A stretch of 64,000 nt of DNA from Octopus sinensis. Its lineage: Eukaryota. The stretch spans positions 33,790,001 through 33,854,000 of the forward strand of contig NC_043000.1 of the NCBI RefSeq assembly GCF_006345805.1. The letters run 5' to 3'. Below the pieces are notes generated by a model. It was not told the DNA's origin. It was given only the letters and a program-made list of their open reading frames with translations, and did no database searches. Made by a program: the position numbers and the translations under genes. Positions 63,966-64,000 of the stretch are shown here, one piece after another. The first letter of the stretch is position 1; every line of letters starts with the position of its first letter.

Positions 63966-64000
<35 letters not shown>

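Overview
Eukaryotic, AT-rich, microsatellite-saturated non-coding DNA. The SINE/LINE repertoire suggests a cephalopod such as Octopus; this is inference. There is one 100-N scaffold gap (20629-20728). I cannot support any host protein-coding exon: almost all listed ORFs are translations of microsatellites or fragments of transposon ORFs. Recognisable mobile elements are three tRNA-headed SINE families (CORE-like, Meta-like and a third, possibly Deu/Nin-like), RLE-type non-LTR retrotransposons (R4/Dong-like) ending in microsatellites, CR1-like and RTE-X fragments, a degenerate Penelope-like (Naiad-type) element split by an internally deleted FLYWCH-MULE, hAT and Tigger-like MITEs, and a hAT transposase relic. 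The main signal the ORF track does not explain is a dense set of minimal type I hammerhead ribozyme (HHR) motifs, about 17 copies from roughly 9 unrelated sequence families, about 9 with an intact catalytic core. Most have a self-complementary stem III (dimer-type). Many have an extra nucleotide after CUGANGA. Two families carry a U3-A8 covariant core (UUGAUAA). They occur as a ~470-bp tandem array (retrozyme-like), as divergent inverted pairs in (TA)n, and as the 3' tail of a tRNA-headed composite SINE. All HHR calls come from manual base-pairing; activity is untested.
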